DNA of 64,000 nt from Ignavibacteriota bacterium (GTDB taxonomy: Bacteria; Bacteroidota; Ignavibacteria; UBA10030). Shown here piece by piece: positions 57,435 through 64,000 of the stretch. Each line of letters opens with the position of its first letter. The stretch's first letter is position 1. The notes beneath the pieces were generated by a model. It ran no database searches. It had not been told where the DNA came from and worked only from the letters and a program-made list of their open reading frames with translations. The stretch lies in the NCBI GenBank assembly GCA_003819715.1, contig RPQN01000016.1, forward strand, positions 2,073 to 66,072. The letters are read 5' to 3'. Position numbers and translations under genes: made by a program.

Positions 57435-59753
57435 TTACTTCTCAACGGTCAACAGAATCTTTTGCAAATCAGAATCCTGAGAAGAATTACCAATCATAAT
57501 TTCGAATTCTCCCGGTTCTACCGTATACGTCATCTGGATATCCGTAAACGCCAGATGTTCCGGTTTGATCGAGATGCTCACGGTCTTTGTTTCGCCGGGA
57601 TGAAGATGAATTTTCGCAAAGCCCCGCAGTTCCTTCACCGGACGAGTGACGGAACTGAACTTATCACGGATATACATCTGTACCACCTCTTCGCCGGAAC
57701 GAGGTCCTGTATTTTTCACATCGACGGAGACCTTCGTCGATTCATGAATTTTTATCGTCGCTTTATCAAGTTTCACATGACTGAAGGAAAAGGTGGTATA
57801 GCTCAGCCCATATCCGAAAGGATACAACGGAGTGACATCGTCTGCCAGGTATCCCCGCCGGGCAGACGGTTTATAGTTATAGTAGCACGGCAAGTGGCCC
57901 GCTGAACGCGGAAACGAAATCGGCAATTTCCCTGAAGGGTTCACATCACCGAACAGCACATCGGCGACTGCCGTACCGGACTCCTGACCCAGATACCAGC
58001 ACTCGAGAATGGCGGGCACATGCTGCTGCAGTGAGGTAATAGAATTCGGCCGGCCGTTAAACAAGAGGGCGATCACCGGTTTGCCCGTTGCCAGAACTGC
58101 GTCAACCAACTCTTGCTGCCTGCCGATAAGATTAAGATTTGCCCGATCGCCCATATGCGTTTTATTCCAGGCTTCACGGGAGGTCTGTTCATTCTCGCCC
58201 AGAACGAGGATGACCATATCGGCCTTCTGGGCGACCGCCACCGCCTCCCGGATCATTCTCCGATCGTCCTCTGGATCAGGAAATATCACGGGATCTTCAT
58301 TCCATGAACCGCCGACTGTAATTTTGCAGCCTTCGCTGTAAAGAACATTCGCCTTCTTTCCGACTTTCTCCCGAATGCCCTGCAGCACGGTCGTGTAATA
58401 CTTCGGTTCACCGCTGTAACCACCCAGCATTTTTCTGTCTGCATTCGGGCCGACCACTGCAATCGTGCCGTATTGTAGTAAATCCAACGGCAATATCTTT
58501 CCTTCGTTTTTCAAAAGTGTTACTGTTTCTTGCGCAGCGCGCAGAGCCAGCGGCCTCTCCTCCTCCAGCCTTTTTTCAATCTGGATCAATTCCGGGCGGA
58601 CATACGGATCATCAAATAATCCCATGAGAAATTTATACCGCAGGAGCGGTGCGACCAATTCATCCACAACGGATTCCTGAATTCGACCGGTTCTCACCAG
58701 CCGGGTGACATGGGAATAACAATCGGGGTCGGGGAGTTCAATATTGACGCCAGCATGGAGCGCAAGCAATGCCGCTTCCTCTTTATTTGATGCCATTGCA
58801 TGACTGACGGCTTCTTCACGCAGATGCAGCTCGGTGATTGCATAATAGTCCGATACGACGAATCCTTTAAAACCCCATTCACCGCGCAGCACATTTTTCA
58901 AGAGCCAGGGATTGGCATGCGAGGACACACCGTCGATCTCGTTATACGAGGCCATGACGCTCAGAGCGTTTGCATTCTTTAAAACTTCTCTAAACGTAGA
59001 GAGAAACGTATCCCGCAGTACCCGTTCAGAGACATTGACCGTACCGCAGTTCATACCCGATTCCGGCTCACCGTGTGCCGCAAAATGTTTCAGGGTTGCG
59101 ATCATGTGCTTTTGGTCTTTAAATGTGCCGTCGCCCTGGAACCCACGCACCGCAGCGATTCCCATTTGAGCGACGAGGAATGGATCTTCGCCAAAAGTTT
59201 CTTCGACTCTTCCCCATCTCGGATCGCGCGCCACATCGACGACCGGCGTGAGCGCTTGATGAGCACCACGGCATCGAGTATCTTCGGCAATGGTCGAATA
59301 AATTTCCTCGAGAAGTGATGGATGAAATGTGGAGGCCAATCCGATGGGCTGAGGATAACTGGTCGCTTCTTTCCCGGCAAGTCCATGAAGACATTCCTCA
59401 TGGAAAATCACGGGAATGCCGAGTCGTGTTTCCTCAATAAAATATTTTTGAATGGCGTTTGATAATTCTGCCATGGATCTTGCCGATTGCCCCCCGCCGG
59501 TATCGCTGATCCGCGCGATCTGCCCGATTCCATTTTTGAGGCATGACTTCATCCGGTCAGTATTAAGATGGCCGTGCTCATCAAACAGCATGTCCTTCCG
59601 TTGACCCCAGATGCATATCATCTGGGCGGCCTTTTCTTCGAGCGTCATCCTGCTGATGAGATCGGATACCCGTTCATCGATCGAGAGCAATGGATTCTTG
59701 TATCGGGGAATAAGCGTCTGTACTGAATTGGAAGGTACGGTATCAACCACCAT
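57435..59753 (-). CDS. bglX: Glycoside hydrolase family 3 beta-glucosidase/beta-xylosidase (BglX-like)
   Basis: It has the GH3 N-domain with KHF.G, the nucleophile Asp in GFVVSDY, a C-terminal alpha/beta domain and an FnIII-like domain. It is 772 aa with no T9SS CTD. Confidence 0.85.
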   Translation of the reverse strand: MVVDTVPSNSVQTLIPRYKNPLLSIDERVSDLISRMTLEEKAAQMICIWGQRKDMLFDEHGHLNTDRMKSCLKNGIGQIARISDTGGGQSARSMAELSNAIQKYFIEETRLGIPVIFHEECLHGLAGKEATSYPQPIGLASTFHPSLLEEIYSTIAEDTRCRGAHQALTPVVDVARDPRWGRVEETFGEDPFLVAQMGIAAVRGFQGDGTFKDQKHMIATLKHFAAHGEPESGMNCGTVNVSERVLRDTFLSTFREVLKNANALSVMASYNEIDGVSSHANPWLLKNVLRGEWGFKGFVVSDYYAITELHLREEAVSHAMASNKEEAALLALHAGVNIELPDPDCYSHVTRLVRTGRIQESVVDELVAPLLRYKFLMGLFDDPYVRPELIQIEKRLEEERPLALRAAQETVTLLKNEGKILPLDLLQYGTIAVVGPNADRKMLGGYSGEPKYYTTVLQGIREKVGKKANVLYSEGCKITVGGSWNEDPVIFPDPEDDRRMIREAVAVAQKADMVILVLGENEQTSREAWNKTHMGDRANLNLIGRQQELVDAVLATGKPVIALLFNGRPNSITSLQQHVPAILECWYLGQESGTAVADVLFGDVNPSGKLPISFPRSAGHLPCYYNYKPSARRGYLADDVTPLYPFGYGLSYTTFSFSHVKLDKATIKIHESTKVSVDVKNTGPRSGEEVVQMYIRDKFSSVTRPVKELRGFAKIHLHPGETKTVSISIKPEHLAFTDIQMTYTVEPGEFEIMIGNSSQDSDLQKILLTVEK

Positions 59754-60191
59754 AGTCCATGTCCATAATGAATCCGCTTGGAATGTTCAGTTCATTCAAG
59801 AGTTCACCACCCTCGGATTTTTTTCTTCATCCAGGCGGATCAAATAATTATTTAATTCAAATCCTTTTTTGACGATGACGTCATTAATTCACATTTAATG
59901 AAATTCAAGGTAAATCAATTCAATATTGAGCAATTAATTCGATTTATATGAAATTCATGCCAGCAACAAATAAATGGGTTAAAACGTAATTGAACCGATT
60001 CAATAGTAATAATGAAGAACCAGATAAGCAAGTTAAAAAAAGGCTGTTCATTGTAATCTTTTTTTACGGAGGCGGGACAAAAAGAACCCTTAAGAACAAC
60101 AGGTTTTGAGCCGCAAAAACGGGACCGGGACAATTGAATTTATTGGACTATTATAATTCCAATGTCTTCAACCTGCTGCTCACAATACTGG

Positions 60192-61529
60192 TCAATCGTT
60201 TTTTGCGGAAAGAGGCACGAAATCATCGGTATGACTTAACCTCGGCCAAGAATATCCATACAACGCAATGAACACAAAACAACCCATCGGCATCAGAAAT
60301 CCAACAGACATATTGTAGGTATCGCCGAGATATCCCATGAGTTTGGGCATAATAGCGCCGCCGATAATTGCCATGACAATATACCCTGATGCTTTTTTTG
60401 CCTGGACCCCGAGTCCAGAGATACCCAATGTGAATATCGTTGGGCACATAATGGACATACATAAAACGCTGAGCAAAACGGCGGCAACCGAGAGCCAGCC
60501 GAGTCTCAAGACGACCAGTCCGCACATCACGACATTCACGACGGAATACAAACCGAGAACCCGGTGGGCTTTAAATTTTCTCATGAGAACGGCGCCGGTG
60601 GCCCGGCCAATCAGGAATAATGGAAATCCAACAGTTCCAAGAAGGAATGTCGCTCCTCTCTCATTCACAAAGTAATTCCCATCACGCAGCATGGCACGGC
60701 CTTTAAAAAACCAGCCGTCTGCCAATGGTTGTGAAATCGAAGGAAGTTCTTCAATGATATAATTTATGAAAAAACTGAATATCCCGGCCTGCGCTGCCAC
60801 ATAAAGGAATTGCGCAGCAACTGCACCGGTGAAATGCGGGTGCGACCACAGAGAGCGTTTTTGGCCTGCCGGCGTGATGTCACTCAAATGGTATTCGTCT
60901 TCAGTATTCAGATCGGGCATATGGGCAAAATAAAATACGATGGCCATCACCAGTACGATGATGGCAACAATCATATAGGGAATGTACAGCTGTCCCTGGG
61001 CGACCGCCGCTCCTTCTGTGGAATAAAAGAATGCACCGCCGATGATCGGGCCGAGGATCCAGCCGACCCCGTTGAACGATTGTGCAAAGTTGATTCGTGT
61101 TGCTGCATATTTTTTTGGACCGAGAACGGTCGTATATGGATTGGCGACGGTTTCGAGGACGGTCAGTCCCATGGCAATTAAACAGACTCCCAGGAGAAAT
61201 GCCCAGAAGGCGGAGATCTGTGATGCCGGTATAAACCAGAATCCGCCGAGTGAGACCAGCAGCAACCCTGCAATAATTCCGCCTTTGTAGCCGACCTTTC
61301 GAGCCAGCCAGCTCGCTGGCAGCGACATCAACAAATATCCCAGGTAATGGGCAAACTGTACCCAGGCCGACTGCGCCTTGGACAAATGCAAATAATCCTG
61401 AAAATGTTTATCCATGACATCGATCATTCCGTTACAGGTTCCCCACAACAGGAACAAGGTGCTCACGATCACGAACGTAAAGAAATAATTCTTGCCGTCA
61501 TCCGTTTTAAACATCTTTGAGAATTCCAT
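60192..61529 (-). CDS. MFS sugar:H+ symporter, FucP/GluP (fucose/glucose-galactose) family
   Basis: It has 12 TM segments. The N-terminal region FVIVSTLFLLWGTCNGMIDVMDKHFQ is typical of FucP/GluP transporters. Confidence 0.8.
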   Translation of the reverse strand: MEFSKMFKTDDGKNYFFTFVIVSTLFLLWGTCNGMIDVMDKHFQDYLHLSKAQSAWVQFAHYLGYLLMSLPASWLARKVGYKGGIIAGLLLVSLGGFWFIPASQISAFWAFLLGVCLIAMGLTVLETVANPYTTVLGPKKYAATRINFAQSFNGVGWILGPIIGGAFFYSTEGAAVAQGQLYIPYMIVAIIVLVMAIVFYFAHMPDLNTEDEYHLSDITPAGQKRSLWSHPHFTGAVAAQFLYVAAQAGIFSFFINYIIEELPSISQPLADGWFFKGRAMLRDGNYFVNERGATFLLGTVGFPLFLIGRATGAVLMRKFKAHRVLGLYSVVNVVMCGLVVLRLGWLSVAAVLLSVLCMSIMCPTIFTLGISGLGVQAKKASGYIVMAIIGGAIMPKLMGYLGDTYNMSVGFLMPMGCFVFIALYGYSWPRLSHTDDFVPLSAKND

Positions 61530-61897
61530 TTTTTATCCCTGTGTTTGAACAAGCAACTCGACACTTGCCGTACACGTTAGATTTGAACAAATCGTTCTCT
61601 TGCCCTTCAAGGATGGGGAGACAGACGCGCCCTGCCTCCCCGAAAGGGTTTCTCCTCCTGGAGAAGAAATCTTGCTTGACGCCGCTCTTTCCAGTAATGT
61701 ATGAACAGTATAGTGCAGAATCAATTGTCTCTTCCGGAATGTTTGACGCAGAAGTATTCCCGTTCCATGGACATCGTGCGTGAACCGCCGCTCCTTCACC
61801 CGTCAAAAATTTAACGAGAGAATAATCGCCCCCTGAGAATTTCGATTATGGGAAATGAGAAAAGTCACTGTCTTCCTGACCATGGGATGCGAACTCA

Positions 61898-64000
61898 TCA
61901 CCGCTCTCGCACTTCTGCTTTTTTATCGAGCACCTCCCGTACTTTTCGAAGGATGTCATCGGGACTGTAAGGTTTCTGAATAAATTCTTTTGCGCCCGCA
62001 TCTAACAACTCCGATTTAATTTCCGGATCGATATAGCCGCTGGCAAGCGTTATCTTCACTTCCGGATTAATCTGTTTAAGCTTTTTAAATACCTCCGCTC
62101 CCGTCATTCCGGGCAGGCCGAGATCGGAGATGACGAGATCGATTTCCATACGATGCTCGTTATAGATATTGACCGCTTCGATGCCGTCGTGCGCAGTGAA
62201 TACTTTATACCCCTTGGTTTCGAGCAGGAAGTTCACCATATTCAGCAGCAGTTCTTCGTCTTCGACCACCAGGATGGTTTCGGTCCCGCCGGAGACAAGA
62301 GACTCCAGTTCCGAGAGATTATTGGTAATATCCTCACTGGAATCTGGAACAGGCAAATAGATTCGAAACGTACTGCCGCGCCCCAGCACACTTTCCGTCT
62401 GGATGAATCCATTGTGCGTCTGCATCACTCCATAGGTCACCGAGAGACCCAATCCCGTTCCTTTCCCTTTTTCTTTCGTGGTAAAGAACGGATCGAACAT
62501 CCTCAGACGCGTTGCCCCATCCATTCCCTGCCCGGAGTCGATCACGCTAATACAGGCATACCGCTTATGATCGGCAGTCGGGAATTGTTCTTGAATTTGT
62601 TCAATGCTCGCGAGTTCCGTTTTGAGAGTTAACGAGCCGCCATTCGGCATTGCATCCCGTGCATTGACACAAAGATTCAGCAACGCCTGATGAATTTGTG
62701 AACGGTCGGCAACGATATAGGGAATATTTTTAGCGACGATCTCTTTGAGCGTGATCACTTTGGGAAATGTCTGCTGAAGCATCGAAACCAATTCATGAAT
62801 CAAGTCGTTAATATTGACCGCTTCAAATTCCATGTCTGTTTTTCGTGCAAAGGTGAGAATCTGGCGGACCAGCGCTGCACCGCGATGCACCGCCTGGTTA
62901 ATTGCGGCAACACTTTCGGCATGCTTTGGCCCGTCCTGACCATGTCGCTGCAGGAGCGATGCATAGGCCAGGATAATTCCGAGGATATTATTAAAATCGT
63001 GTGCAATACCCCCGGCAAGCGTACCAATACTCTGCATTTTTTGCGACTGAAGAAGCTCCTGTTGAAGTTTCTTTTGCTCGGTGATATCCGCGGCCACACC
63101 CACGAGCGCGATGGGCTTTCCGCGCTCGTCATACACCGTGGATGTCGAAAGTTGGATCGGAAATTCCGTGCCGTCTTTTTTTTGATTGATGCGTTCGCCA
63201 TGCCATCCGCCTTTGAGTGTGGCCTGAAGTACTTCCTGTTTATCGACATCCTTTGCCGAGGCGATATCGGTGATATTTTTCCCGATCACCTCCTCGCGTG
63301 TATACCCGTAGGTATCCAGAAATGCCTGATTGACATAGAGCACGATATTCTCCATGTCGGTCACACTCACGCATTCTCCAATACTCTTTACCGTGTGATT
63401 CAGGAGGTTCACCGTTTCTTCCGCGTTTTTACGATCGGTAATATCCTGGACCACCCCCATTATTTTTTCAGGTGTTCCGTCAGGGCCCAGAACGAGCTCG
63501 GCGATGGAAGCAATGCTCCGGATTTTACCGTCGTTCGCCCGTCGTATCTGATATTCCTCTTTATATTCTCCCTTCATCGCAATCAACCGATCCATTGCCT
63601 GATTCAACGAGGGCCGGTCCTCCTTCAATACAATATGTTGCACCTGCTCGAGGGGAAGTTCCGGAGATATTCGCTCGAATCCATAGATCCGAAATGCTTC
63701 CTCCGACCCCCACATTTTTTTGGCTTTCAAATCAAGTTCCCAGTTGCCCACGTGAGCGATCATCTGTGCTTTTTGCAGACGTTCTTCACTCTGGCCAAGC
63801 GCCTCTGCCGCCGCCTTCCGTTCAGATATATCACGGCACACCAGCAATAATCCCGTTACTTCACCGCGTCCATTGATCAACCGTGAAGAATTTATTTCTC
63901 CCCAGAAGGGGCTCCCGTCGAATTTACGAAGGGCGTACTCCCGAGCCTCGGATTCGGCCCGGTCCGAGAGAATCGTGCGGAGGCGATCGAGAATACTCGC
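61898..64000 (-). CDS. Hybrid sensor histidine kinase/response regulator with multiple PAS domains. The N-terminus lies beyond the window.
   Basis: It has PAS/PAC repeats, the HisKA H-box HDFNNILG, HATPase N/G boxes and a C-terminal REC domain (ILVVEDEELL...DLVISDLGLPGM). No DNA-binding domain is present. Confidence 0.8.
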   Translation of the reverse strand, partial: ASILDRLRTILSDRAESEAREYALRKFDGSPFWGEINSSRLINGRGEVTGLLLVCRDISERKAAAEALGQSEERLQKAQMIAHVGNWELDLKAKKMWGSEEAFRIYGFERISPELPLEQVQHIVLKEDRPSLNQAMDRLIAMKGEYKEEYQIRRANDGKIRSIASIAELVLGPDGTPEKIMGVVQDITDRKNAEETVNLLNHTVKSIGECVSVTDMENIVLYVNQAFLDTYGYTREEVIGKNITDIASAKDVDKQEVLQATLKGGWHGERINQKKDGTEFPIQLSTSTVYDERGKPIALVGVAADITEQKKLQQELLQSQKMQSIGTLAGGIAHDFNNILGIILAYASLLQRHGQDGPKHAESVAAINQAVHRGAALVRQILTFARKTDMEFEAVNINDLIHELVSMLQQTFPKVITLKEIVAKNIPYIVADRSQIHQALLNLCVNARDAMPNGGSLTLKTELASIEQIQEQFPTADHKRYACISVIDSGQGMDGATRLRMFDPFFTTKEKGKGTGLGLSVTYGVMQTHNGFIQTESVLGRGSTFRIYLPVPDSSEDITNNLSELESLVSGGTETILVVEDEELLLNMVNFLLETKGYKVFTAHDGIEAVNIYNEHRMEIDLVISDLGLPGMTGAEVFKKLKQINPEVKITLASGYIDPEIKSELLDAGAKEFIQKPYSPDDILRKVREVLDKKAEVRER

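Overview
This 64 kb window looks like a chromosomal segment from a Gram-negative bacterium of the Bacteroidota/Ignavibacteriota-like (FCB) group. The evidence for that is that at least five proteins end in type IX secretion (T9SS) C-terminal sorting domains, a PorV-like barrel is present, many genes lack a strong Shine-Dalgarno sequence, and GC content is about 50%. Almost all genes sit on the minus strand in tight operons with ATGA or TAATATG stop/start couplings. I found no rRNA, no tRNA, no CRISPR array and no prophage. The only mobile element is a REP-associated tyrosine transposase flanked by REP-like palindrome arrays. The window divides into seven modules.
(1) 1..3233: sulfur-carrier-dependent cysteine synthesis. 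A ThiS/MoaD-like domain with Gly-Gly at residues 90-91 is fused to a MoeB/ThiF E1 enzyme. It is followed by a JAMM peptidase, CysM, an 85-aa unknown protein and a rhodanese.
(2) 3589..10514: a complete assimilatory sulfate-reduction operon, DUF2061-cysH(APS reductase type)-cysD-cysN-sulfite reductase-cysG, ending in a coupled Cys-rich mini-protein.
(3) 11.3-29.2 kb: assorted metabolic and stress genes. These include a DHFR-like protein, pterin-4a-carbinolamine dehydratase, a DCC oxidoreductase, NDH-2, Cu/Zn superoxide dismutase, an outer-membrane barrel, DoxX, a DUF255 thioredoxin-like protein, a DUF5686 protein, a metallo-beta-lactamase-fold hydrolase, a CDF transporter, a SemiSWEET, a MazG-like protein, DinB, a patatin and an SRAP peptidase.
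(4) 29266..32182: a type III polyketide synthase, methyltransferase and FAD-oxidoreductase operon of the srsABC (phenolic lipid) type.
(5) 33.4-36.7 kb: a Pif1/RecD-like helicase and a RAYT-plus-REP unit (REPtron).
(6) 36701..45961: a four-gene outer-membrane operon. It encodes an exported 491-aa protein, a TonB-dependent receptor with a carboxypeptidase-regulatory N-domain, an 1183-aa calcium-binding repeat protein with an Fn3 domain and a T9SS sorting domain, and a PorV-like barrel. This is the most likely candidate for an undescribed cell-surface system.
(7) 46269..64000: a T9SS-secreted carbohydrate-active-enzyme locus with no SusC/SusD pair. It encodes a CBM protein, an SGNH-TPR protein, a GH116 enzyme with Fn3 and malectin domains, an SGNH esterase with a CBM, a GH30 enzyme, a GH3 enzyme, an MFS sugar symporter and a truncated hybrid PAS sensor kinase.
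Several coordinates are adjusted start sites relative to the ORF track. All family calls come from motif recognition by eye; no database search was run.
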